DNA of 64,000 nucleotides from Deltaproteobacteria bacterium (GCA_040218735.1 JAVJQW010000018.1:192001-256000); one strand, 5' to 3'; positions 32,908-43,512 are shown, counted from the stretch's first letter. Program-made: numbers and translations. The notes: generated by a model not told the origin, from the letters alone.

Positions 32908-34572
32908 TTAGTACGGGTTGTCGCGGAACGTCGGTCCGGCGTCCGGCGTCGCGGCCTCGGCCTTGGTGGTCGTCTTCCGCGGGACGCGGCGGCGCGCCTT
33001 CTTCTTCTTCGCGGCGTGACGTTCCTCGTCGGGCTCCGGCTCCGGCCTGACCTCTGGCTCGGGCACGGGCTCGGGCTGGACGACCTTCACCGGGGGCTCC
33101 GGCTCGGCCTCGGGCGCCGCTTCGACCGGCGGCGGCATGACCAACTTGGGGGCCTTCGTCGGCGGCTCGGGCGCGGCCGCTTCGGGGCTTGGCGCCCGCC
33201 GCGCGGCGCGCTCGGCCGGGAGGGTGGTGACGACGTAGACGAGCGTGGACAGCGCGACCAAGAAGCCGAGCCCCGCGAGCACGACCGGCCACCGCGCCGG
33301 GCTCGAGGTCGGCGTTTGCACGCTTCCGGCGGAGCGCAGGCCGGTGGGCGTCGGCTCCTCCGGGACGTCGTTCGTCGAGAAGCTCGCCTCCTTCAGCGAG
33401 GTGGGCCGTGAGCTGGACACCAGACCGCTGACGCTCCCGCTCGGGCTCCCGAACGCGGCGAGCGATTCCTTCAGGTACGCGAGCAGCTCGTCCATCGACC
33501 CGTAGCGGTCGCCGCGCGACTTCTCCAGGCAGCGGCGCACGACCTCTTCGAGCTCGGGCGGGACCTCGACGTCCGGGTTCATCGAGGACATCGACGGCAC
33601 CGGGTGGTTGACGTGTTTGTAGATGACGTCGACGCCGGTCGCGCCGGTGAACGGCGCCTTGCCCGTGAGCATCTGGAACATGATGACGCCGAGCGAGTAG
33701 ATGTCGGTGCGCGGGTCGAGCGTCTGCCCGTGGATCTGCTCGGGCGACATGTACTTCGGCGAGCCGAGCAACGTGCCGGTGCGCGTGAGCTCCCCTTCGA
33801 GCGGCCCGAGCGCGCTCTGTTCGTCGTCGTCGTCGTTCTTGGTCTCCGGCGCGAAGAGCTTCACGAGCCCGAAGTCGAGGACCTTCGCGTACGGGAGCTC
33901 GCCGTCGTCGAGGATGAAGATGTTCCCGGGCTTCAGGTCGCGGTGGATGATCCCGGCGTCGTGCGCTTCCCGGAGCGCGCGGCAGATCTGCATCGCGAGG
34001 CGCGCCGTCGTCGCGGCATCGTACGGACCGTCGCGTGCGATCACGCGTGACAGCGAGCGGCCCTTGAGCAGCTCCATCGCGATGTACAGCTCGCCTTGCT
34101 CGCCCTCGCCGTAGTCGAACACCGTGATGGTGTGCGGGTGGGAGAGCTTGGCGGCGATCGCGGCTTCGAGGAAGAAGCGCTTCACGAACTGCGGGTCCGA
34201 GCGCTGGTACTCCTCGTTCAGGATCTTGATCGCGACGGACCGCTCCAACGGGTACTGCGTCGCGCGGTACACGCGCCCCATCCCGCCCTTCGCGATGAGT
34301 TTGTCGATGCGGTACTTGCCGGTGAGCAGCTTGCCGACGTGTTCGTCCTGCGCCGGCCGTCGCTTCGACGATCCCCCCTCCGGGCGTTTGCGCTCCACGG
34401 CGGTTTTCGCGCGGCGCCGGCCGCCGCCGGAACGACTCGAGCTCGACGGGTTCGTCCCGGACGGATCGGTCGGAGCGCGGTCCGAGCCTTCGGCCGGCGC
34501 GGACGGGTCCGTCGGGCGGCGATCGTCCGTCGGCGTCTCGGCGTCAGCCGGTGTACGAGGTTCCGAAGCCAT
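32908..34572 (-). CDS. Membrane Ser/Thr protein kinase with Pro-rich extracytoplasmic tail
   Basis: [34 protein letters not shown]; TM WPVVLAGLGFLVALSTLVYVV; ends FRDNPY. Confidence 0.93.
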   Translation of the reverse strand: MASEPRTPADAETPTDDRRPTDPSAPAEGSDRAPTDPSGTNPSSSSRSGGGRRRAKTAVERKRPEGGSSKRRPAQDEHVGKLLTGKYRIDKLIAKGGMGRVYRATQYPLERSVAIKILNEEYQRSDPQFVKRFFLEAAIAAKLSHPHTITVFDYGEGEQGELYIAMELLKGRSLSRVIARDGPYDAATTARLAMQICRALREAHDAGIIHRDLKPGNIFILDDGELPYAKVLDFGLVKLFAPETKNDDDDEQSALGPLEGELTRTGTLLGSPKYMSPEQIHGQTLDPRTDIYSLGVIMFQMLTGKAPFTGATGVDVIYKHVNHPVPSMSSMNPDVEVPPELEEVVRRCLEKSRGDRYGSMDELLAYLKESLAAFGSPSGSVSGLVSSSRPTSLKEASFSTNDVPEEPTPTGLRSAGSVQTPTSSPARWPVVLAGLGFLVALSTLVYVVTTLPAERAARRAPSPEAAAPEPPTKAPKLVMPPPVEAAPEAEPEPPVKVVQPEPVPEPEVRPEPEPDEERHAAKKKKARRRVPRKTTTKAEAATPDAGPTFRDNPY

Positions 34573-34643
34573 GCGTGCGCGGCCGCGCGCACGAGGGCGC
34601 GGCGCCCGTCAGCCTGTCATGGTTTGCGCGGAGGCGGCAACGA

Positions 34644-36950
34644 TCACCGGCCGCGTCGCTTGGGTCCGCGCTTCTTGTTCGGCTTGCTCGGCTTCGCCTT
34701 CGTCTTGGTCTTCGACTTCGTGCGCGGGGTCTTGGGCTTGCGGTTCGACCGCGGCGGACGACGCCCGCGCTTGGGTTTCTCGGCGACGGTGGGCTTGGAG
34801 GCCTCTTCGTCCTCGTCGCCGACCTCCGCGAGCCGCAGCTCGACCTGTCGCCGAGCGATGTTGACGGATCTCACCTCGAACACGAGCCGGTCGCCCAGCA
34901 CGAAGCTCTGCCCTCGGTTCTTACCGAGGAGCATGGAGCCGAACTCGTCGAGCTCGTAGTAGTCGTCCGGGAGCGAACGCACCGGGACGAGGCCCTCGAT
35001 GAATGGCTGGTCGAGTGCGGCAAATAGCCCAAAGCCGGCGACGCCGGTGATCGTGCCCTCGATGGGCTCCCCGACGTGACGCTGCGCGATGAGCGCGCGG
35101 TCGAGGTCCATCGACTGACGCTCGGCCTGCATCGCCTGGCGCTCGGTATCCGAGGTGTGCGTCGCGATCTCCTCGAGCCGCGCGTAGGAATACGGGACCG
35201 GCTCGCCTTGGAGCACGCGCTTGAGGACGCGGTGCACGACGAGATCCGGGTAGCGACGAATCGGCGACGTGAAGTGCAGATAGTGCTTGGCCGCCAACCC
35301 GTAGTGGCCCTCGGACTCGGGCGCGTAGCGCGCCTGCGCGAGCGCGCGCAGGAGCAGCGAGTGCAGCGCGCGCCCGAACGGGTGATCGCCGAACGAGTCC
35401 AGCAGCCGGGCGATCTCGCCGGGCTTCGGGCTCTTCGACAGCTTGGCGGTGATGCCCAGGTTGTCGCAGAGCGCCACGAAGTTCGCGAGCTTCTCCGGGT
35501 CCGGCGACTCGTGGATCCGGAACATCGACGGCAGGTCCTTCTCGACGAAGTACTGCGCGACCGCTTCGTTCGCGGCGAGCATCAGGTCCTCGATCAGGCG
35601 GTGTGCGTCGTTGCGATCCCGGCGTCGTGCGTCGACCGGGTTCCCCTTCTCGTCGAAGACGACGTACGCCTCCGGGAGGTCGAGGTCGATCGCGCCACGT
35701 CGCAGGCGTCGCTCGAGGAGCTTCTGCGCGATGCGCGCGAGGAGGAGCAGCGTCGGCAGGAGCTTTTCACACTCTTCGTCCGGCGCACCTTCGAGCGCGG
35801 CCGCGACGCGGGTGTACGTCAGCCGAGCCTTCGACCGCATCACCGCGGGCCCGAACTTCTTGTTCGTGACGCGCCCGGAGCGATCCAACGTCAGCTCCGC
35901 GAGCATGCAGAGGCGGTCGACGTTCGGCTTGAGCGAACACAGGCCGTTCGACAGCGCCTCGGGGAGCATCGGGATGGCGCGGTCCGTAAGGTACGTGCTC
36001 GTGCCCCGGCGGAACGCTTCGTCGTCGAGCGCGGTGCCCGGCCGGACGTAGTGCGAGACGTCGGCGATCGCGACGAAGAGTTTGTAGCCGTTCTCGTGGC
36101 GGACGGCGCACACGGCGTCGTCGAAGTCCTTGGCGGTCTCGCCGTCGATGGTGACGAGCGGGAGGTCGCGGACGTCGCGCCGGCCCTCGATGTCCTTCTT
36201 GGACGGGGTCTCGCCGAACTTCGCGGCGTCCTGTTCGACGGCGTCCGGGAAGCCGCCGTCGAGGTTGTGCTCGATCAGGAGCTTCTGCATCTCCGTCTCG
36301 CGTTCGCCGGGGTGGCCGAGGACCATGCGGATACGCCCGATCGGCGCGGTCCACGCGGCGCGAGACTCGGGGGTGTCGAGGGTGACCTCGACGAGCTGGC
36401 CGTCCTTGGCGCCGTTGGTGTGGTCGCCGTCGATGATCACGTCGTGGACGACGCGTTTCTTCTGCACGAGGGCGGCGTGGCGCGGGGGGAGGTCGAGCTC
36501 CACGAAGCACGCCTGGCCGACGCGCCGGAAGATGCCGATGTGGCGCTCCTGCTCGCGGGCGAGGATCTCCTCGATCTTGCCGTAGTGTTTGCCGCGCCGG
36601 CCGCGCACGACGATGACGACGCGCGCCCGGTCGCCCGGCTCGACGCGCTCGGCGTCCTCCGGGAGGATCTCGATGGGCTGGATCTTGCCCTTCGTCTTGC
36701 CGTCCGGGACCAGGTAGACGACGCCGCGGTAGTCGATGGACACCAGGCCCTCGACCTCGGTGTCGGCCCGCGAGAGGCGGTACTTCTTGCCGGGCTCGCG
36801 CTCTACGTCGCCCTTGCGGACCAGGGCTTTGAGGACGCGCTTGGCGTCTTTGTGCTGTTTATCGGGGATCTTCGCGCGTTGTAGTATCTCGCGCAGGGTG
36901 AACGCGCGGGAGGGAGCCGCACGGAGCACGCCGATCAGGTTCTCGTCCAT
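34644..36950 (-). CDS. rnr: Ribonuclease R
   Basis: N-terminal HTH, TIDGETAKDFDDAV, AIADVSHYV, SNGLCSL, HFTSPIRRYPDLVVHR, S1 domain, basic tail. Confidence 0.95.
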   Translation of the reverse strand: MDENLIGVLRAAPSRAFTLREILQRAKIPDKQHKDAKRVLKALVRKGDVEREPGKKYRLSRADTEVEGLVSIDYRGVVYLVPDGKTKGKIQPIEILPEDAERVEPGDRARVVIVVRGRRGKHYGKIEEILAREQERHIGIFRRVGQACFVELDLPPRHAALVQKKRVVHDVIIDGDHTNGAKDGQLVEVTLDTPESRAAWTAPIGRIRMVLGHPGERETEMQKLLIEHNLDGGFPDAVEQDAAKFGETPSKKDIEGRRDVRDLPLVTIDGETAKDFDDAVCAVRHENGYKLFVAIADVSHYVRPGTALDDEAFRRGTSTYLTDRAIPMLPEALSNGLCSLKPNVDRLCMLAELTLDRSGRVTNKKFGPAVMRSKARLTYTRVAAALEGAPDEECEKLLPTLLLLARIAQKLLERRLRRGAIDLDLPEAYVVFDEKGNPVDARRRDRNDAHRLIEDLMLAANEAVAQYFVEKDLPSMFRIHESPDPEKLANFVALCDNLGITAKLSKSPKPGEIARLLDSFGDHPFGRALHSLLLRALAQARYAPESEGHYGLAAKHYLHFTSPIRRYPDLVVHRVLKRVLQGEPVPYSYARLEEIATHTSDTERQAMQAERQSMDLDRALIAQRHVGEPIEGTITGVAGFGLFAALDQPFIEGLVPVRSLPDDYYELDEFGSMLLGKNRGQSFVLGDRLVFEVRSVNIARRQVELRLAEVGDEDEEASKPTVAEKPKRGRRPPRSNRKPKTPRTKSKTKTKAKPSKPNKKRGPKRRGR

Positions 36951-37218
36951 TTTCGGCCCACGTAGCAGGGGTGGCCGGCGTTTGCAGCAACAACGGTGGT
37001 TGACGACCGTGACGCACCTCGTTATGGATCGTCTCGGCAATGCGGCCTTCCTTCCCCGGATGTTGTTGTCTGTGTCTCTGCGGCTGCTGGGCCTGAGACC
37101 ACCACACCAGTCTCACGAGCCGGGCAGCCGCGTTCTTCGACGCCACACCCTCTGACAACTCGAAGAAAAGGATCGCCGCGCACGATGGTTGTGCGCCGCG
37201 TCCGAAGGAAGACCGACC

Positions 37219-38199
37219 ATGGCTGCCAACTCCGCGACCCCCACGATTCACATCATCCACGAGAACGACGCGTGGACCGCACCGCTCGAAGCCGAGCTGG
37301 AGCGTCTGAACCTGCCGTTCACCGCGTGGTTCCTGGACCAGGGGCACTTCGACCTGTCGTCGCCTCCGCCGGAGGGGGTCTTCTACAACCGCATGAGCGC
37401 GTCGTCGCACACGCGCGATCACCGCTACGCGCACGAGTACACGTCAGCGGTCGTCGCGTGGTTGGAGCTGCACGGGCGCCGCGTCCTCAACGGCACGCGC
37501 GCGAATCAGCTCGAGGTCACGAAGGCCGGGCAGTACGCGGTGCTCGAGGCGCACGGCATCAAGACGCCGCGCACGATCCCGGCGCTCGGTCGTGACCACA
37601 TCCTGGAGGCGGCGCGTGCCTTCGAAGGCGCGCCGTTCATCACCAAACACAACCGCGCCGGGAAGGGCCTCGGCGTGCACCTGTTCCGCTCGGTCGAAGC
37701 GCTCGAGACGTACCTCGACGGCCCCGAGTTCGAGGCGCCGGTCGACGGAATCACGCTGATCCAGCAGTACATCGAAGCGCCCGAGCCGTTCATCACGCGC
37801 GTCGAGTTCGTGGGCCAGGAGTTCCTGTACGCGGTCCGCGTCGACACGTCGGACGGCTTCGAGCTGTGCCCGGCCGACGCGTGCTCGATCGAAGGCCTCA
37901 ACTGCCCGGCGACGCCGCAGGCGGAGGCGCCGCGCGCGAAGTTCGAGATCATCGAGGGCTTCGACAGCCCGCTGATCGAGAAGTACCGCGAGGTGATGCG
38001 CGCGAACGACTTCGCGATCGCGGCGTTCGAGCTCATCGTGGACCGCGACGGCGTCGCGTACACCTACGACATCAACCAGAACACCAACTACAACTCGGCG
38101 GCGGAGGCCGTCGCCGGCAAGTTCGGGATGCGCGCGATCGCCGAGTACCTCGGCGCCGAGCTGCGCAAGCGCTACGGCGCCGTGACCGCGGCGGCCTGA
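37219..38199 (+). CDS. RimK-like ATP-grasp ligase
   Basis: NRMSASSHTR, KHNRAGKGLGV, LIQQYI, YDINQNTNYN; GAAGGA RBS upstream. Confidence 0.82.
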   Translation: MAANSATPTIHIIHENDAWTAPLEAELERLNLPFTAWFLDQGHFDLSSPPPEGVFYNRMSASSHTRDHRYAHEYTSAVVAWLELHGRRVLNGTRANQLEVTKAGQYAVLEAHGIKTPRTIPALGRDHILEAARAFEGAPFITKHNRAGKGLGVHLFRSVEALETYLDGPEFEAPVDGITLIQQYIEAPEPFITRVEFVGQEFLYAVRVDTSDGFELCPADACSIEGLNCPATPQAEAPRAKFEIIEGFDSPLIEKYREVMRANDFAIAAFELIVDRDGVAYTYDINQNTNYNSAAEAVAGKFGMRAIAEYLGAELRKRYGAVTAAA

Positions 38200-38205
38200 G
38201 TCGCC

Positions 38206-41097
38206 TCAGACCGCGGGGATCAACACGCCGAGGAGCACGTCGCTCGCCTTGCGTACGTCGGGGACCTCGTCCTTGGCGATGCGTTCGGCGAGGGCACGAA
38301 GCTCCTCGGTGGACTGGTCGAACTCGGGGCTGTCGGCGGCGTCGCCCAGGAGGTTCGCGAGCGTGAAACACGCCGTCTCGCGGACGACCGGGTCGCGGGA
38401 CTCGAGGTGGCGCGCGACGCCGTTGCGCACCGCGAGCATCCGCCGTTCGCCGACGAGGTGCAGCGTGCACGTGACGACCCAGGGGTGCGTGTCCTTCAGC
38501 AGGCGCGCGAGCCACGTGTTGGCGTCGGCGCGCTCGAGGTCGAACAACTCGTGGCCGGCCTTGAGCTTCTCTTCGAAGGTGTGGTCCTCGAGGAGCGGGA
38601 GGAGCACGCGTTTCTCTTCCTTCGACAGGAGGTTGTCCACGACCTCGATCGCGTTCGCGCGCACCACTTTGTTCTCGGCGTCGAGGTTCGTGTAGACGAG
38701 CTGGATCGTGCGCGACGGATAGCGAATCTCGAGGAGCCGGAACGCGAGCCCGAGTTTGCTCTGGTGGCGCACGAACAGCGCCTCGACCAGGAGGTGGTCC
38801 TCGGGGAGGCCGAGGTCGGCGATGACCGCGAGGGCCTGGTAGGCGTCGCGGATCTCCGTCTCGATCGCCTTGTCGAGGACCTCGTCCAACACCCGGACGC
38901 CCGGCGACCGTTCGCGGATCCGCGCCGAGGCGCGCGCGATGTTGGCGCGCAGCTCGGCGTCGTCGGTGTCGAGGTTCTCGAGGAGCTTCGTCACCGCGTC
39001 CTGCTCGCCGATGCGCCCGAGGATCTTCGGGACGAGGCGCCGGATGAGGATGTCTTCCCGTTTGTTGCGGAGCACCTTGAACAGCGTCTTCTCGATCTCG
39101 CGGCCGTAGCCGATCAGCGCGCGCACCGCCGCGGTGTTGCAGGTGCGGTCGGAGAGTTTGTAGACGAGCGACGGCACCAGCTCACGGCTCTGCATCTCCC
39201 CCGCGGCCTCCACCGCCGCGAGGCGAACGACCGGGTCCTCGTCCTGTAGCAGCTCGAGCACCGGCTGGAAGAAGTTGCGGACCTTGATCGCCCCGAGCAC
39301 CCGCGCGCCCTGCAAGCGCTCTTGCGGGTCGTCGCTGGAGAGGAAGTGTTTGAGGGTCTCGGCTGCGGTGAGGATGCCGTCGAGGCCGCCGTGGAGGATC
39401 AGCGCCGCGACGGCCGCCGCGCGGACCTCGCCGCTCGGGTCGTTGAGGAACGGGCTCGCGGCGCGGATCGCACGCTCGCGACCGATCGCGCAGAACGCGC
39501 CGATCGCCGCCGCGCGGACCTTGGGGTGCTCGTCGGCGAGCAGCGGGTGAATCGCGCTCGCGCCCTCCACCCGGCCGGACGTACCGATCTCCTTGACCGC
39601 CGCGATGCGAACCTCCTGCGAGGGGTGCTCGAGCAGCTCGGCGAGCTCCTCGTAGAAGTCGGCTTCGAGTGACGGCAGCAGCTCCAGCGCGTGCAGGACG
39701 TGTTGCTCGTCGTCGGAGAGGAGGCGTGTCTTCAGCGTCTTGAGCGTGGCGTCGTCGACGACGGGCGACCAGGTGTCGCCGAGGTCGAGGCGCCGCGCGT
39801 GCAGCGTCTCGATCAACGACTTCACGTACTCGCCGCGGATGCCGACGACGAGGAAGATCCAACCGCCCAGCAGCGCGATGTCCGCGAAGGCGAGGTTTTC
39901 GACGAGCTGCTCGGACGTGAACGCGCGCCCCAGCAGATAGATCACCAGACCGGAGACGCCGATGCTCGCCGGCTTCAGGATGCCGTCGATGAACGCCTTC
40001 GCGCGCCCGCGGTTGTGCGAGGGCACCGGGACGTAGAGGAGCTGCATCGTGGCGTCGTTCACCGTGTAGCGGAAGATGTTCTCCGCGCCCTTCGCGACGG
40101 TGACCGCGACGAGCATCGAGATCATCGGCACGAACAACATCGCGCCCGCGCCCGAGAGGATCGCGACGGGCAGGACCAGCAGCGAGATGACGATGCCCGA
40201 GCGCTCGAGCAGCCGTCCGGTCACGAAGAACTGCATCAGACTCGAGATGATCCCGGTGAAGCCGTAGAAGTACCCGAAGAACGACGCGAGCTCACCCTCG
40301 CCGGACAGCTGCATCTTCGCGACGACCTTGAACTGGTAGTCGACGACCGTGACCGTGAGGAACGTCAGCACGACGATGCCGGCGATCAGCTTGAGGTGTT
40401 TGCTGTGGAGGACGGTGCCGGACTCGCGCTGAATCCGGAGCGAGCGCTTGCGCGGCTTGCGCACCGCCGCCTCGAGGTCGCGCACGGAGCGCTTGCCGAT
40501 CGCACGCACGGCGAGGGTGCACAGGAAGAAGATCGACCCGGTGATCAGGAGGAGGTTCGAGCTCCCGATCACCGGCGCGATCGCGCCGATGCCGAACCCG
40601 CAGATGATGTTCGACAGGACGCCGCCCGCGCCGATGAAGCCGAACAGGCGCTTGCCCTGGCGTCCGCTGAAGATGTCGCTCGCGAACGTCCAGAACTGGA
40701 TGATGGAGATCGCGCCGAGGATCTCCACGAGCACGTAGAGGACCGCGTACATCCACGTGCCCCCGGAGCTCAGCGTGATGATGCTCCAGAAGCCGAACGA
40801 CGTCGCCGAGAAGATCATCAGCGTCGAGACGATCAACTTGTCGCGCCGGTACTTGTCGGCGACCCGGCTGTACACGTACGCCGCCATCGCCACCGCGACG
40901 GCCGTCGCCATGTACATCAGCGGCAGCTTGCCGAGGTCCACGCGGTGCAGGAACAGCGTGTCGCGAACGGTGCGCCCGATGATGAACGTCGACACGACGC
41001 CCATCAGGTAGAAGAACATCAAGAAGACTTGGCGCGCCTCGCCGGGCCGGATCCGGAAGGCCGAGTCGAGCAGCCCATCAACGTTGACGCGCGCCAT
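38206..41097 (-). CDS. NTT/TLC-family nucleotide transporter homologue fused to HEAT repeats
   Basis: IRPGE, RDTLFL, QFWTFASDIF..KRLFGFIGAGG, VDYQFK, LYVPVP..RAKAFID, then repeated VRxAAV HEAT motifs. Confidence 0.87.
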   Translation of the reverse strand: MARVNVDGLLDSAFRIRPGEARQVFLMFFYLMGVVSTFIIGRTVRDTLFLHRVDLGKLPLMYMATAVAVAMAAYVYSRVADKYRRDKLIVSTLMIFSATSFGFWSIITLSSGGTWMYAVLYVLVEILGAISIIQFWTFASDIFSGRQGKRLFGFIGAGGVLSNIICGFGIGAIAPVIGSSNLLLITGSIFFLCTLAVRAIGKRSVRDLEAAVRKPRKRSLRIQRESGTVLHSKHLKLIAGIVVLTFLTVTVVDYQFKVVAKMQLSGEGELASFFGYFYGFTGIISSLMQFFVTGRLLERSGIVISLLVLPVAILSGAGAMLFVPMISMLVAVTVAKGAENIFRYTVNDATMQLLYVPVPSHNRGRAKAFIDGILKPASIGVSGLVIYLLGRAFTSEQLVENLAFADIALLGGWIFLVVGIRGEYVKSLIETLHARRLDLGDTWSPVVDDATLKTLKTRLLSDDEQHVLHALELLPSLEADFYEELAELLEHPSQEVRIAAVKEIGTSGRVEGASAIHPLLADEHPKVRAAAIGAFCAIGRERAIRAASPFLNDPSGEVRAAAVAALILHGGLDGILTAAETLKHFLSSDDPQERLQGARVLGAIKVRNFFQPVLELLQDEDPVVRLAAVEAAGEMQSRELVPSLVYKLSDRTCNTAAVRALIGYGREIEKTLFKVLRNKREDILIRRLVPKILGRIGEQDAVTKLLENLDTDDAELRANIARASARIRERSPGVRVLDEVLDKAIETEIRDAYQALAVIADLGLPEDHLLVEALFVRHQSKLGLAFRLLEIRYPSRTIQLVYTNLDAENKVVRANAIEVVDNLLSKEEKRVLLPLLEDHTFEEKLKAGHELFDLERADANTWLARLLKDTHPWVVTCTLHLVGERRMLAVRNGVARHLESRDPVVRETACFTLANLLGDAADSPEFDQSTEELRALAERIAKDEVPDVRKASDVLLGVLIPAV

Positions 41098-41135
41098 CGG
41101 GGGACGGGGAGCTTACCCCGGGGTGGGGCCGGGGG

Positions 41136-41164
41136 CGAGCGCCGCGATGTGACCGCGGCGCTCG
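41136..41164 (-). terminator. 11-bp perfect stem-loop just after the mdh stop
   Basis: CGAGCGCCGCG-ATGTGAC-CGCGGCGCTCG; no U-tract, so it may instead be a stabilising hairpin. Confidence 0.5.
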
Positions 41165-41172
41165 GGGGGAAG

Positions 41173-42186
<1,014 letters not shown>

Positions 42187-43512
42187 CTACCAGGAAGCCT
42201 GCGAAGCCGTGCGCTTCATCGCCTGGCGGACGCGCGACTTCCGGACCTCTTCGAAGTTCTCGACGATCGCTTCGCAGAACTGCGCGGTCGTGAGCGTCGC
42301 AACGTCGTCCTGGATGAAGCTCGCGAGGTCCGGCGTGACCTTCTTGTCGGAGATCGTCTTGATGAGCGCGTTGGTCACCAGCTCCGCCGAGTCCTTCCAC
42401 CCGAGGTGGTCGAACAGCATCACACCGCAGAGGAGCACCGACGTGGGGTTCTCTTCCTCGGCCTCGCCAATCTTGGGGAGGAGGTGGTGCGTCGACTCGA
42501 AGATCGCCGCCTTCGCGCCGACGTACGCCTGCGGTGCGAGCCCGATCTGACCGACCATCGCGAGGCCCATCTGCTCGATGTAGTGCCCGTTGAGGTTGGT
42601 GGTCGCGACGATGTCGAACTGGTCCGGCTTCAGCAGCATCTGCTGGAAGAACTTGTCCGTCGAACGGTCCCGGATCACGACGCGGCCGCGCGGCGGCTCG
42701 CCGTCGTGCTCCTCCATCACTTCCTTCTCGGTGACGGTGTACTCGCCGAACTCCTTGCGCGCGATCTCGTAGCCCCAGTCGCGGAAGAAACCTTCCGTGT
42801 GGCGCATGATCGAGCCCTTGTGCACGAACGTGACGGAGCGCTTCTTGTGTTTGATTGCGTACTCGATCGCGAGGCGGATGAGCCGCTTCGTCGCCGTCGC
42901 GCTGATCGGCTTGATGCCGATGCTCGAGTCCGGCCGGACCTTCTTGTCGATCTTCTTGCCGAGGTCGTCGTTCAGGATGCCGATGAGCTGCTTGGCCTCC
43001 GGCGACCCCTTCTTCCACTCCATCTCCGCGAAGACGTCCTCGGTGTGCTCGCGGAAGACGAGGATGTCGAGGCCGTGCGGATCCTCGAGGGGCGTCGGCG
43101 CACCGTCGAGGTGATGGATCGGCATGAGGTGCGCGAACAGGTCGAGACGATCGAAGAACGCTTCGTCGAGCGAAGCGCCACCGACGGGCGTCGTCAGCGG
43201 ACCCTTGATGCAGACCTTGTACTCCTGCACGGCGCGCACGGTGTCTTCGGGCAGCCGCTGGGCGGGGCCGTACACTTCGACCGCGCGCTCACCCGCGAAG
43301 ACCTCCAGCCACTCGAGGCGCTTCGCGTTTGCGTAGCAGCGCTCCACGGCGAGGTCGAACACCTCTTGGACGGGCCCCCAGATCTCCGTGCTGATCCCCT
43401 CCCCCTGAATGAACGGAACGATCGGGTCGTCGGGGACCTGAAGCTGACCATTCTTCGCGACCGTGATCTTCGAGCCGCGCTTGGGGGGTGTGATCTTGAG
43501 ATACTTGCCCAT
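42187..43512 (-). CDS. icd: Isocitrate dehydrogenase (E. coli Icd-type) homologue with a degenerate active site
   Basis: IKGPLTTPVGG, FRE, IGIKPIS, VHKG.IM, TEG.F.DWGY, NLNG, FE.TH, NP; full length with no frameshift, but catalytic residues are substituted (see findings). Confidence 0.85.
   Translation of the reverse strand: MGKYLKITPPKRGSKITVAKNGQLQVPDDPIVPFIQGEGISTEIWGPVQEVFDLAVERCYANAKRLEWLEVFAGERAVEVYGPAQRLPEDTVRAVQEYKVCIKGPLTTPVGGASLDEAFFDRLDLFAHLMPIHHLDGAPTPLEDPHGLDILVFREHTEDVFAEMEWKKGSPEAKQLIGILNDDLGKKIDKKVRPDSSIGIKPISATATKRLIRLAIEYAIKHKKRSVTFVHKGSIMRHTEGFFRDWGYEIARKEFGEYTVTEKEVMEEHDGEPPRGRVVIRDRSTDKFFQQMLLKPDQFDIVATTNLNGHYIEQMGLAMVGQIGLAPQAYVGAKAAIFESTHHLLPKIGEAEEENPTSVLLCGVMLFDHLGWKDSAELVTNALIKTISDKKVTPDLASFIQDDVATLTTAQFCEAIVENFEEVRKSRVRQAMKRTASQASW

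Noticed and set aside
37196-37215. TCCGAAGGAAG resembling the SRP RNA loop; CTGAGA at 37093 resembling a TPP riboswitch
   Set aside because: Flanking conserved elements are absent; the first is better explained as the RBS of the ATP-grasp gene.
42187-43512. icd as a decaying pseudogene
   Set aside because: No stop or frameshift, structural motifs are retained and substitutions cluster in one half of the active site; kept as a finding instead.
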